From: an uncultured delta proteobacterium
Lineage (GTDB): Bacteria > Desulfobacterota > Desulfobacteria > Desulfobacterales > SG8-13
Direction of reading: 5' to 3'
Length of the DNA stretch: 64,000 nucleotides
Assembly (NCBI GenBank): GCA_963848135.1
Contig: CAWKCK010000017.1
Span: 186,001-250,000, forward strand
Positions 1-9,967 of this stretch are shown piece after piece; position 1 is the stretch's first letter, and every line of letters begins with the position of its first letter. A model generated the notes under the pieces. It ran no database searches, was not told where the DNA came from, and was given only the letters and a program-made list of their open reading frames with translations. Made by a program: the position numbers and the translations under genes.

Positions 1-2
1 GC

Positions 3-1115
3 GGAGCAGCCTATCTGGCCCGCCTGCTGGACACCGTCCCTTTGGCCGTCAATGCTCAGCATTACGCAAAAATCGTGCACGACAAGGCCAAGCTGAGACA
101 ACTGATCCGGAAGGCCAGCGACATTACCCGCCGTTGTTTCGAAGACCGTGGAGAAGTAGACGCTGTCATCGACTTTGCCGAAGCATCGATCTTTGAAATT
201 TCAGAAAACAAAACCCATAAGTCCTTTCATCCTCTCAGTAAGATGATCGAAGACAATATCGATCGGCTGGAAGAACGCCAAGGCAACAAATCTCTGATTA
301 CGGGAGTTTCGACAGGCTTCTCACTTTTAGACCATAAAACCTCCGGCCTGCAAAATTCCGACCTTATCATTCTGGCTGCCCGCCCCGGAATGGGGAAAAC
401 CGCCTTCGCCCTCAACATCGCCCGCAATGCCGCTATAGATGCCGGTGTTCCGATCGCCCTGTTCTCGCTTGAAATGTCCAAGGAACAGTTGTCCATGCGG
501 ATGCTCAGTAGTGAAGCACGAATTGACTCCACACGCTTGAGGAGCGGATTCATCAGTCAGGAGGATTGGATGAGGATTACCGAAGCGGCCAGCGAACTCT
601 CGAACACACCGATTTTCATTGACGATTCACCGGTACTGACAGCCATGGATATCCGCGCCAAGGCGCGCCGACTGAAGTTGGATAAAAATATCGGTATGGT
701 CATTATCGATTATATCCAGCTGATGCAGGGCCGGCAATCTGCAGAACGCCGCGAGTTGGAAATCTCTGAAATTTCCCGCGGGTTGAAGGCGCTGGCAAAG
801 GAACTCAACATCCCGGTCGTCGCCCTTTCCCAACTCAACCGGATGCTCGAACAGCGCAGCGACAAGCGACCACAACTCTCGGACTTACGAGAATCGGGGG
901 CACTGGAGCAGGATGCCGATGTTGTCGCATTCATCTACCGGGATGAAGTGTATAACAAGGATGAAAATAATCCCAACAAAGGCAAAGCCGAGATAATCAT
1001 CTCCAAGCAGCGTAACGGACCCATCGGTACGATTCCTCTCGTCTTTCTTAACGCGTATACCCGTTTTGAAAATCCAGCCGATGAGGACATGACCGCGCCG
1101 TATCCGGAACAATAA
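3..1115 (+). CDS. dnaB: Replicative DNA helicase, 5' end outside the window
   Basis: Walker A AARPGMGKT, IIDYIQLM, LSQLNR, DLRESGALEQDAD, KQRNGP. The frame is open from the window edge (GAAYLARLLDTVP...). Confidence 0.97.
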   Translation, partial: GAAYLARLLDTVPLAVNAQHYAKIVHDKAKLRQLIRKASDITRRCFEDRGEVDAVIDFAEASIFEISENKTHKSFHPLSKMIEDNIDRLEERQGNKSLITGVSTGFSLLDHKTSGLQNSDLIILAARPGMGKTAFALNIARNAAIDAGVPIALFSLEMSKEQLSMRMLSSEARIDSTRLRSGFISQEDWMRITEAASELSNTPIFIDDSPVLTAMDIRAKARRLKLDKNIGMVIIDYIQLMQGRQSAERRELEISEISRGLKALAKELNIPVVALSQLNRMLEQRSDKRPQLSDLRESGALEQDADVVAFIYRDEVYNKDENNPNKGKAEIIISKQRNGPIGTIPLVFLNAYTRFENPADEDMTAPYPEQ

Positions 1116-1273
1116 TCCCAACGGCTAACCCCGATTAATATCGCGTCGTATGTGTGATCTTAAATTCCCGACCCCGATATTCTCCCAGAAAATAGCGGCG
1201 TTTGAAATCGCCTGAGTTTCAATCCGGCTCGAAGCGACAGATTTCGGAATGCGGCTTGACTGTAACGTGACAC

Positions 1274-1302
1274 TTGACCGCGACCGGGTTCAGAATTACG
1301 TT
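1274..1302 (+). promoter_or_regulatory. Putative sigma70 promoter for hflX-suhB
   Basis: TTGACC-17 nt-TACGTT upstream of the hflX start. Confidence 0.35.
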
Positions 1303-1358
1303 CAACCAGGGGAAGAGGACAACAGCCACCTTATGAAGCATGAAACAGCAATAACTGG

Positions 1359-3035
1359 ATGAAAAAGATTTACGGAAATACCGGTGGCCTCAAGGCCAAC
1401 CAGACGCGCAGACTCGAAAAACTCTATCGCCGCCGTGTTCCACCCGATCAAGTCATCACTTTCGAACTTTCCCGAGAAATCAGCAGCCTGTCCCATGAAA
1501 TTCACCGACAGGTGGGTCTTCTCATCGATCGCAGCGGACGGATTCGCTGGGTTATCGTGGGCAATCACCAAAAAATCTTCATACCGGACATCAGCTCCTA
1601 CCGCGTGGCCCCGGGGCGTCTCCGTGGCTTACGGTGCCTGCACACTCACCTGAAAGCTGAGCCACTGACCAAAGATGATCTGAACGATTTAGCCATGTTA
1701 CGGCTCGACATTATGGGGGCCCTCAGTGCCGGTAACGACGGGCATGTTCCACTGATCTACCTGTCCCATATACTACCTGGCGCCACCGCTAAAAAACCCT
1801 ATCAAGTTCTACCACCACTGAAAACCAATGCACTGAATATCGAATGTTTGAGTGTCATCCGGGCCCTCGAGGACGAACTGGCCCAGGTGCGTTCGCTTCA
1901 CAAGGCTGCAGACGGAAAGGAGCGGGCGTTGCTGATCTCCGTTACCAGTAAACCGGCTAAAAGGGCGCGGGATAGTTTGACTGAGCTCAATGAATTGGCC
2001 GTATCCAGCGATATCGAGGTGGTCGGCACGGTCCTGCAGCAACGCAAACATATCGACTCTCGGTTTCTGATGGGTCGGGGAAAAATGGAAGAAATTATTC
2101 TCACTGCTCTTAACCGGGCAGCTTCGATGATCATCTTCGATCAGGAACTCAACTCCTCGCAAATCAGAGCGATCACAGACCAGGTTGACATCAAGGTCAT
2201 CGATCGAACCATGCTTATCCTCGACATTTTTGCCCAACGCGCCCAGTCAAAGGAAGGTAAACTGCAAGTCGAGTTGGCTCAACTCAAATACCTGCTGCCA
2301 CGCCTGGTTGTTAAAAACACGGCCATGTCGCGCCTGACAGGGGGCATCGGAGGGCGGGGTCCTGGTGAAACCAAACTCGAAATTAATCGCCGCCGGGTAC
2401 GTGACCGGATTGTCCAGTTGGAGAAAGCCCTGGTCCTCGTGCGTCGACAGCGCAAACAGCAACGATCTCAACGAAGCAAAAAGCAATTGCCGATCATCTC
2501 CATTGTCGGCTATACCAATGCCGGTAAATCCACGCTTCTCAATACCCTGACAAACAGTCAGGAACTGGTCGAGAACCGTCTTTTTGCAACCCTCGATCCT
2601 TCGAGCCGGCGCCTGCGTTTTCCTCGGGACATCGAGGTCATCATTACGGACACGGTCGGTTTTATCAAGGATCTCCCCCGGGATCTCGTGGTCGCCTTCC
2701 GGGCCACTTTGGAGGAATTGGAAAGCGCCGATCTGCTCCTGCACGTCATCGACATCAGCAATCCCCGCTATATGGACCAGATCAGGTCGGTGGAAAAAAT
2801 CTTGGATGATCTGGAACTCCAAAAACTTCAATCTATCCGGGTGCTGAACAAGCAGGATCTGCTTGAACCGGAAAAATTACGCAATCTGACCCAAAAACTC
2901 GACGGTATTCCGATTTCTGCCAAAACGGAGACCTCATTGATGCCCCTGGTTGTTGAGATGCAGAAACATTTCATTCAACCCGCATATGTGACCGGAAACC
3001 AGAAGGAAAGGAAGGCATCCGATGGAATTGGATAG
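1359..3035 (+). CDS. hflX: GTPase HflX, long form with N-terminal extension
   Basis: ILDIFAQRA, GKLQVELAQL, GGRGPGETKLE, GYTNAGKSTL, LFATLD, DTVGF, NKQD. Confidence 0.96.
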   Translation: MKKIYGNTGGLKANQTRRLEKLYRRRVPPDQVITFELSREISSLSHEIHRQVGLLIDRSGRIRWVIVGNHQKIFIPDISSYRVAPGRLRGLRCLHTHLKAEPLTKDDLNDLAMLRLDIMGALSAGNDGHVPLIYLSHILPGATAKKPYQVLPPLKTNALNIECLSVIRALEDELAQVRSLHKAADGKERALLISVTSKPAKRARDSLTELNELAVSSDIEVVGTVLQQRKHIDSRFLMGRGKMEEIILTALNRAASMIIFDQELNSSQIRAITDQVDIKVIDRTMLILDIFAQRAQSKEGKLQVELAQLKYLLPRLVVKNTAMSRLTGGIGGRGPGETKLEINRRRVRDRIVQLEKALVLVRRQRKQQRSQRSKKQLPIISIVGYTNAGKSTLLNTLTNSQELVENRLFATLDPSSRRLRFPRDIEVIITDTVGFIKDLPRDLVVAFRATLEELESADLLLHVIDISNPRYMDQIRSVEKILDDLELQKLQSIRVLNKQDLLEPEKLRNLTQKLDGIPISAKTETSLMPLVVEMQKHFIQPAYVTGNQKERKASDGIG

Positions 3036-3813
3036 AATCAAGAGTGTCGGTATTGCCGCTGCATATAAGGGGGCTGACGTCCTGCGGTCCAAGTTCGGCA
3101 ATATCTCCCAGACCCGGAAAAAGGGCGTCATCGATCTGGTCACCGAGGCCGATACAGCCTCCGAAGAATGCATATTAAAAATCATACGAACGACGTTCCC
3201 GGATCACAGCATTTTGGCCGAAGAAAGCGGCCAGGACGCCCGTGATGCGTCGCTCGTATGGATCGTAGACCCTTTGGATGGGACTACCAACTTTGCGCAT
3301 CAAATCGGCTGGTACGCGATATCGATCGCATTTGCCGTGGAAGGAAAAGTTGTGGTTGGCATCGTGCTCAATCCTGTGAACGGTGAACTGTTCACGGCCA
3401 CGGTCGGCGACGGTGCGACGTGCAACAATCATCCTATCCGGGTTTCAACGGTTGGCGATTTTTCCGACTGTCTGCTTGTTACCGGTTTCCCTTATAATGT
3501 CAGGGAAAACCTGGAACCGGTCGTTACCCGTTTCACACGTTGTTTGAACGCGGCTCAGGGTATTCGTCGACTGGGATCTGCTGCACTGGATTTGTGCTAT
3601 GTTGCCGGTGGTCGATTTGAAGGATTTTGGGAAGAATATCTGAAACCTTGGGATACCGCGGCGGGAGTGCTGATTGCCAGGGAGGCCGGCGCTCAGGTGA
3701 CCGATTTTTCCGGTCGGCCCCATTCGCTCGCAGGCCGCGAAACCTTGGCCACCAATGGCCGGATCCATGAAGATATGCTGAAATTGCTACAGTTGCCTTT
3801 AACGGATCGGTGA
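3022..3813 (+). CDS. suhB: Inositol monophosphatase family protein
   Basis: DLVTEAD, WIVDPLDGTTNF, RRLGSAALD, WDTAAG. Overlaps the hflX stop. Confidence 0.93.
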   Translation: MELDRIKSVGIAAAYKGADVLRSKFGNISQTRKKGVIDLVTEADTASEECILKIIRTTFPDHSILAEESGQDARDASLVWIVDPLDGTTNFAHQIGWYAISIAFAVEGKVVVGIVLNPVNGELFTATVGDGATCNNHPIRVSTVGDFSDCLLVTGFPYNVRENLEPVVTRFTRCLNAAQGIRRLGSAALDLCYVAGGRFEGFWEEYLKPWDTAAGVLIAREAGAQVTDFSGRPHSLAGRETLATNGRIHEDMLKLLQLPLTDR

Positions 3814-3969
3814 ATCGATGCGGTGGGATATCCGGACTAAAAGTGTGCGAAGTCTCTGAATAGAAAGTTCAAAATAAACTGCACCGGTGACAAACGCCCG
3901 AGGCGCTCCCCGAAAACAGCAGAGATTTTTTGTGACACTCCCGGCGTTCTGCTACCCGCTGGCGATCGC

Positions 3970-5310
3970 CTAAAATTTGCCCGATTGGAGCTTCTGGTGG
4001 AAGAAGTTGATCTGTTTTCGAACGGCTCCATTTTCCTTCATTCTCTTTTCAATGCTGTTTATGGCGTGTAAAACGGTGGCATGATAGCGGTTGAAGCTCC
4101 GGCCGATTGTCTGAAGGGGCGAATCGGTGTGGTGCCGGGCCAGATACATGGCAATCTGCCGCGGCCTTACCAGGCCCTGTTTGCGGGACCGGGAGACAAT
4201 CTCGGCCAGTGAAATTTCGAAATACTTGCAAACCAATTTTTTAACAATATCGATGGTGATCGTATCTCGCTCACGGACGATATTCTTGACAACACTCTCA
4301 GCCAGCGGGATATCTACGGGACAACCGAGAAGGGAGGCCTTAGCGTTTATGCCAATCAGGCCGCTTTCCAGTTGCCGGATATCATCCGTCAACTCCGAGG
4401 CCAGATATTGAATCACCTTCTCCGGGACCTGATAACCCTTCAGCGTTGCCTTGCGTTGCAGGATGCGAACCCTTGTCCTGAAGTTCGGCGCATCGATGGA
4501 CGAAATCAGGCTCGATGAAAGACAAGATCGCAGCTTGTCGTTCAATCTGGGAATCTCAGCCGGACGCGCGCAACTCGAAAATATTATTTTCTTGTCGGCC
4601 TCAAAGAGAGAATCAAGGGTCAAAGAAAGTTCGACCTGGGTGCGCTCTTTACCGCTCAAGTGGTGGACATCCTCCAATAAGAGTACATCGCATCCTTTTC
4701 TGTACTTGCCTTTGAACTCCTCAATGGCATTGCCGCGATAGGCTTGGACCATTTCATTGCTGAAGTCCTCAGCCGTCATGTAGAACACACGTTCTTCGGG
4801 AAACTGAGAGAGGATATGATGACCGATGGCCTGGGTGAGATGGCTCTTTCCCATACCAGTACTGGAAAGGAATAACAGAGAATTCTGCAGGGAACTTTTC
4901 CGGGACGCCAGAGACAGCGCTGCTGAATAAGCAAAGTCATTGTTCCCGCCGACAACATAATGATCGAACGTGAAATCCTTCCGAAGCAAGCGACCGTTGT
5001 GAGGGCGAACAATGACATTGGGCAGTGAAAGCTGCCGGCTCACATCGGGTTGCAGAGCCTTTTCACCGTTACCGTTCGTAACAAGAAATTTCACCTCACA
5101 GGCTTTACCCAAAATTTCAGTAATAGCATCTGAAATATAGGTACCATAATGCGTCTGGACCCTCTTCTTTGAGAACACGTTGGGGCAGGCCAGAACCAGT
5201 TCCCCTTCATCATCCTGATAGCATTTGATAGGCTCAATCCACATTCGAAAACTGTGACAAGGAATCTTGGTCTTAATCGCAGTTTTCACAGAACTCCAGA
5301 CAGTTTCCAT
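3970..5310 (-). CDS. dnaA: DnaA-family protein, divergent paralogue not linked to dnaN
   Basis: Four-domain DnaA layout: domain I (W...W...PN), FTFDHYVVG-NN, STGMGKSHL, LLLEDV, IRQLES, RQIAMYL, RYHATVLHA. Several signature residues are changed. Confidence 0.88.
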   Translation of the reverse strand: METVWSSVKTAIKTKIPCHSFRMWIEPIKCYQDDEGELVLACPNVFSKKRVQTHYGTYISDAITEILGKACEVKFLVTNGNGEKALQPDVSRQLSLPNVIVRPHNGRLLRKDFTFDHYVVGGNNDFAYSAALSLASRKSSLQNSLLFLSSTGMGKSHLTQAIGHHILSQFPEERVFYMTAEDFSNEMVQAYRGNAIEEFKGKYRKGCDVLLLEDVHHLSGKERTQVELSLTLDSLFEADKKIIFSSCARPAEIPRLNDKLRSCLSSSLISSIDAPNFRTRVRILQRKATLKGYQVPEKVIQYLASELTDDIRQLESGLIGINAKASLLGCPVDIPLAESVVKNIVRERDTITIDIVKKLVCKYFEISLAEIVSRSRKQGLVRPRQIAMYLARHHTDSPLQTIGRSFNRYHATVLHAINSIEKRMKENGAVRKQINFFHQKLQSGKF

Positions 5311-5647
5311 AGGGCGCGATACTCAGAATTGTTAGGCTATTGTTAAAGATAGGGTGATTAAGTTTCTGTAATGCCTGACATAATCTCTATAAAACGTTGA
5401 TGTATTACGATTTGGAAGGTTTATATAAGATTTTTTTATCCCCGGAAAAATTGTTACATGCCTCATATCGATATCAGCATGTCGGTGTCAAACCGGATGG
5501 ATAGTGTTTGCGCATTAAATCGCAGATAGTTATCAACAATTTATATTCAACTGTAATTATTATGATTTTATTCAATTCAGCACCCAACCCCCTTGAAACA
5601 CGTAAAATTTTAATGTTAGGATTTCTTTAAGAATTTTAAGCATATCA

Positions 5648-5667
5648 CCGGTTATCGACATAACCGG
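5648..5667. promoter_or_regulatory. Palindromic operator-like site between dnaA-like and uvrA
   Basis: CCGGTTAT-CGAC-ATAACCGG, a perfect 8-bp inverted repeat containing TTATCGACA. Confidence 0.45.
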
Positions 5668-6005
5668 AACAAAAAAGCAATCTCTGTATTTCTTTTATTT
5701 TCTACGTTTTTCTTTAATTTTCGAAAACAACAAACCTTCAACCGCTATTATTTGAATCCGGGTCCGCACTGAAGGCCTGCGCGTTAAAACCGTTTGAAAA
5801 AAACCGGGCGGCCCTGTAGGATACAAAAGTCTTACTGTCATGATTTCGTCCCCTGGCACACTGCAGTGACTGGATGCAGATAGACGCCCGTTAATATGAC
5901 CGGACTTCATCTATACCCGCCGCATGGCCTGGGCAGTCTTGATCACCGGTAGATTCGGCCGTTAGCAACCGGATATCGCCACCAGAAAAACCTTCTACAA
6001 TATAA

Positions 6006-8837
6006 ATGGATTCTGACAAAATAATCATTCGGGGTGCGAGACAGCACAACCTGAAGAACATCAATCTCGATCTTCCGCGCAATAAGCTTATTGTGATCAC
6101 CGGCCTCTCGGGATCGGGAAAATCGACCCTGGCTTTCGACACGCTATATGCTGAGGGACAGCGGAGGTATGTAGAATCGCTGTCCACGTATGCGCGTCAA
6201 TTTCTGGAGCGCATGGAGAAACCGGAGGTGGATCTGATCGAAGGTCTTTCTCCGGCCATTGCCATTGAGCAGAAAACTGCCAGCCACAACCCACGCTCCA
6301 CGGTCGGAACGGTAACTGAAATATATGACTACCTCAGATTGCTCTTCGCGCGGATCGGAACGCCCTACTGCTACCAGTGCGGCCATCCCATCACACCGCA
6401 GTCACTCGATCAGATCGTGGATCGGATTCTATCCCTTCCACAGGGTAGCCGTATCATTATAACTGCTCCCTTGGTGACCGAAGAGAAAGGTGATCATGAA
6501 AAACTTTTTAAACGCCTTCGAAAAGACGGTTTCGCGCGGGTGCGCATTAACGGCGACATTTATGAAATCGAGTCCATCGGTCGATTAGACAAGGGCAAAA
6601 TTTACTCCATCGATGTGGTGGTAGACCGCCTGATTATCAAGGATAACATCCAAAACCGACTGGCCGATTCCCTTGAACTCGCCCTGGCCCTTTCAGATGG
6701 TCAGGTCGCCGTGGACGTTCTGGACGGCAACCCCATTCACTTCAGCGAAAAAGCAACCTGTACCCGGTGTGATATCAGTTATTCTGAATTCACACCGGCC
6801 AGTTTTTCATTTAACTCTCCCCAGGGCGCATGTCTGCGCTGTGACGGATTGGGAACGACAACCGAATTTAATCCGGATCTGATCATACCAAATTCTGAAC
6901 TCTCCTTGCGGGAGGGTACCGTCGTCATCTGGGCCAATCGCAGCACCATGCAATTTATAGAGTTTCTCGACGCCCTGACCGTCCACTACGGTACCGATAT
7001 ATATACTCCATACAAAGATCTTCCGGCACGATTCAAGCAAGTCATCCTCTACGGATCCGGCAAAGAAGAAATTACTTTTTACTTCGAGCGCGGAGACCGC
7101 AGAGTCACTTTTCGCAAACCATTCGAGGGTATAATCCCCAAGCTGAAACGCCGCTACGCGGAAACCGATTCCTATCAGGTCAGGGAAGAAATCAAGCAGT
7201 ACATGGACTTCAGTCCCTGCCCGGATTGCCGCGGGGCCAAGCTCAATCGCGAAAGCCGCTGCGTTAAAATTTCGGGAATGGCGATCCAAGAAATTTCCGC
7301 CCTGTCAATCGGCCAGACCCGCAAGACGCTAAAAGGCTTGAACTTGGAAGGACAACAGGCCTATGTTGCCGATCGGATTCTCAAGGAAATCGATGAACGC
7401 CTCGGATTCCTGGAAAACGTCGGATTGGCATATCTGACGTTGGACCGCACGGCTGCAACCCTCTCCGGGGGCGAAAGCCAGCGAATCAGACTGGCCACAC
7501 AAATCGGCTCGAAGCTCACCGGCGTTCTCTACGTTCTCGATGAACCGAGTATCGGACTTCATCAGCGCGACAACCGGAATCTTTTGCAAACGCTTCTGCA
7601 GATGCGCGATCTGGGCAACACCGTGCTGGTCGTTGAGCACGATGAAGAAACCATACGTGCCGCTGACCTGGTCGTCGACATGGGGCCCGGTGCCGGGGTG
7701 AACGGCGGTCATGTAGTATTCGCCGGTTCTCCCGATGACCTGTTCAAAGACACCGCCTCCCTGACCGGCCAGTATCTATCCGGCCGCAGGAAAATTGCCA
7801 TACCCCGACACCGGCGGAATGGCACTGCGACCAAACTCGTCATCAAAGGCGCCACGGCCAACAATCTGAAGAATATCGACGTCACTTTCCCACTCGGTAC
7901 CTTCATTTGTGTCACCGGCGTTTCCGGGTCCGGGAAATCGACCCTTGTTCTGGAAACCTTGTATAATCTTCTTGCCCAGCGAATTTACCGGGCCCGAATC
8001 CCAGCCGGCCCTCACCGCTCCGTTAACGGGTTGGAGCTGATCGACAAAGTCGTCAATATAGACCAGGCCCCGATAGGAAAAACACCCCGTTCCAACCCGG
8101 GAACCTATACCGGCCTTTTCAATCATATCCGGGATCTTTATGCTCGAACACCGGAGTCCCGCATGCGAGGATACAAGCCCGGCCGGTTCAGCTTCAACGT
8201 CAAAGGTGGTCGTTGTGAATCCTGTCGCGGTGACGGTATCGTTAAAATAGAAATGCATTTTCTACCCGACGTCTATGTCACCTGCGATGTCTGTCGGGGA
8301 CTACGTTACAATCGTGAAACCCTCGAAATTCGGTATAAAGGCAAAAACATTGCCGAGGTGCTGAAAATGACAGTCAACCAGGCGCTGGCCTTTTTCGAGC
8401 GGATCGGCAACATCCGCACCAAATTGCAGACACTGGTCGATGTCGGATTGGGTTACATAAAGCTTGGGCAACAGGCGACGACCCTATCGGGCGGCGAAGC
8501 ACAACGGGTGAAACTGGCGCGGGAACTCAGCAAGAAGGGAACCGGCAATTGCTTCTATATTCTCGATGAACCGACCACCGGTCTGCATGTCGACGACATT
8601 CGCAAACTCCTCGATGTGCTCAACCGTCTGGTGGATGCCGGAAATACGATTGTCGTCATTGAACACAATCTGGATGTTATCAAAACGGCCGATTACATCA
8701 TCGATTTGGGGCCGGAGGGTGGTGACGAAGGGGGGTATGTGGTTGCTTGCGGTCGACCGGAGGAAATCGCCGTCACAGCCGCCTCTCACACCGGCCGTTG
8801 GTTAAAGGGGGTCTTACAGAAAGCCGGGCCCGGCTGA
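6006..8837 (+). CDS. uvrA: Excinuclease ABC subunit A
   Basis: [29 protein letters not shown], two ABC ATPase modules (LSGGE), Zn-finger CxxC pairs; 943 aa. Confidence 0.98.
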   Translation: MDSDKIIIRGARQHNLKNINLDLPRNKLIVITGLSGSGKSTLAFDTLYAEGQRRYVESLSTYARQFLERMEKPEVDLIEGLSPAIAIEQKTASHNPRSTVGTVTEIYDYLRLLFARIGTPYCYQCGHPITPQSLDQIVDRILSLPQGSRIIITAPLVTEEKGDHEKLFKRLRKDGFARVRINGDIYEIESIGRLDKGKIYSIDVVVDRLIIKDNIQNRLADSLELALALSDGQVAVDVLDGNPIHFSEKATCTRCDISYSEFTPASFSFNSPQGACLRCDGLGTTTEFNPDLIIPNSELSLREGTVVIWANRSTMQFIEFLDALTVHYGTDIYTPYKDLPARFKQVILYGSGKEEITFYFERGDRRVTFRKPFEGIIPKLKRRYAETDSYQVREEIKQYMDFSPCPDCRGAKLNRESRCVKISGMAIQEISALSIGQTRKTLKGLNLEGQQAYVADRILKEIDERLGFLENVGLAYLTLDRTAATLSGGESQRIRLATQIGSKLTGVLYVLDEPSIGLHQRDNRNLLQTLLQMRDLGNTVLVVEHDEETIRAADLVVDMGPGAGVNGGHVVFAGSPDDLFKDTASLTGQYLSGRRKIAIPRHRRNGTATKLVIKGATANNLKNIDVTFPLGTFICVTGVSGSGKSTLVLETLYNLLAQRIYRARIPAGPHRSVNGLELIDKVVNIDQAPIGKTPRSNPGTYTGLFNHIRDLYARTPESRMRGYKPGRFSFNVKGGRCESCRGDGIVKIEMHFLPDVYVTCDVCRGLRYNRETLEIRYKGKNIAEVLKMTVNQALAFFERIGNIRTKLQTLVDVGLGYIKLGQQATTLSGGEAQRVKLARELSKKGTGNCFYILDEPTTGLHVDDIRKLLDVLNRLVDAGNTIVVIEHNLDVIKTADYIIDLGPEGGDEGGYVVACGRPEEIAVTAASHTGRWLKGVLQKAGPG

Positions 8838-8859
8838 TGGATCAACCGGGCCCGGCTTT
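8820..8859. terminator. Bidirectional intrinsic terminator between convergent uvrA and atpE
   Basis: AAAGCCGGGCCCGG...CCGGGCCCGGCTTT, a 14-bp perfect stem with A/T ends overlapping the uvrA stop. Confidence 0.75.
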
Positions 8860-8889
8860 AATCTGCTAAATTTTCAGGTGCGTCGTGTC

Positions 8890-9171
8890 TTAACTCGCAA
8901 ACAACGCAGCGATAGAGGCTGCCTGCGGATGCGCGAAGATCAGAATCAGCGATACAACCAGCGCATAGATACAGAGTGATTCGATCAGCGCCAGACCGAT
9001 CAGCATCGTCACCGTAACCTTACCGGAAGACTCGGGGTTCCGGGCGACACCTTCGACCGCTGATTTCAAACCCAAACCCTGTCCAAGGCCGCAACCGAAG
9101 GCTGCGATAGCGATCCCAAATCCAGCTGCCGTGACGCAGGCGATAAAGAACTCAAGTGCTTTTGCTTCCAT
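8890..9171 (-). CDS. atpE: F0F1 ATP synthase subunit c
   Basis: GxGxGxG helix, ARNPE loop, ALIESLCIY ion-binding Glu; AAGGAGG RBS. Confidence 0.96.
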   Translation of the reverse strand: MEAKALEFFIACVTAAGFGIAIAAFGCGLGQGLGLKSAVEGVARNPESSGKVTVTMLIGLALIESLCIYALVVSLILIFAHPQAASIAALFAS

Positions 9172-9269
9172 ACTCTACTCTACCTCCTTGTTAGAATGTT
9201 TAATTCGGCTTCTTCCAATTTATCCCATTAACGGTATAAGATACCGCTTATCCGCGAAAGAAAGGTGAA

Positions 9270-9965
9270 TCAGTGCGCATGTTCCATTGCGCCGGCAAAA
9301 TACATTATCGACAACAAAAAGAACACAAACGCCTGCACGAAGGAAACAAAGATACCCATGGCCATGATCGGCAGGGGCGCAAAAAAGGCACCCGCCAGCA
9401 TGAAAAGAATCATCAGAACCAACTCGTGTCCCATGATGTTGCCGAAAAGACGGAAAGAAAGGGACATGATGCGGGCGACGTGACCGATGAGCTCGATGAC
9501 GAAAATCAGGGGACTCATCCACCAAACTGGACCCAGAAAGTGTTTGATGTATTTGGCGCCGTGGTACTTGATCCCGATATAATGGGTGAAAATAAACACC
9601 GGCAGTGCGCAGGAGAGCGTCGTATTGATGCTGGCGGTGGGTGGGAAAAACCCGGGCAGCAAACCACACAGATTGCATACGGCAATATAAAGAAAAAGGG
9701 TCGCAACGATAGGGAAAAACCAGCGCCCTTCTTCACCGGTAATATCGACCATGAACTCTTCCATCCCCCCGATGACGATTTCAAAAAAATTCTGGCCTTT
9801 GGTGGGAATCATACTGATGCCCTTGGCCGCGATCGCCCCGCAAACGATCAGGAAAATCATGACAAACCAGGTGTAAATAACGTAGGGGTAGGCATGGGCA
9901 AAGTGTGCCGCCCCGGGCCCGAACCACTCGAACACTTTGACGAGAAACAGATAGGGATGTTCCAT
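9270..9965 (-). CDS. atpB: F0F1 ATP synthase subunit a
   Basis: QNFFE, PPTASIN, SLSFRLFGNI (essential Arg), VQAFVF. Confidence 0.96.
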   Translation of the reverse strand: MEHPYLFLVKVFEWFGPGAAHFAHAYPYVIYTWFVMIFLIVCGAIAAKGISMIPTKGQNFFEIVIGGMEEFMVDITGEEGRWFFPIVATLFLYIAVCNLCGLLPGFFPPTASINTTLSCALPVFIFTHYIGIKYHGAKYIKHFLGPVWWMSPLIFVIELIGHVARIMSLSFRLFGNIMGHELVLMILFMLAGAFFAPLPIMAMGIFVSFVQAFVFFLLSIMYFAGAMEHAH

Positions 9966-9967
9966 CC

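Noticed and set aside
3..1115. Intein in DnaB
   Set aside because: Helicase motifs are contiguous with normal spacing and there is no insertion.
1359..1900. N-terminal extension of HflX as a novelty
   Set aside because: Long-form HflX is a known variant in several phyla.
5311..6005. oriC next to dnaA
   Set aside because: No perfect DnaA boxes or box cluster seen, no dnaN/gyrB/rpmH context, and the DnaA is divergent. Kept only as a regulatory-region finding.
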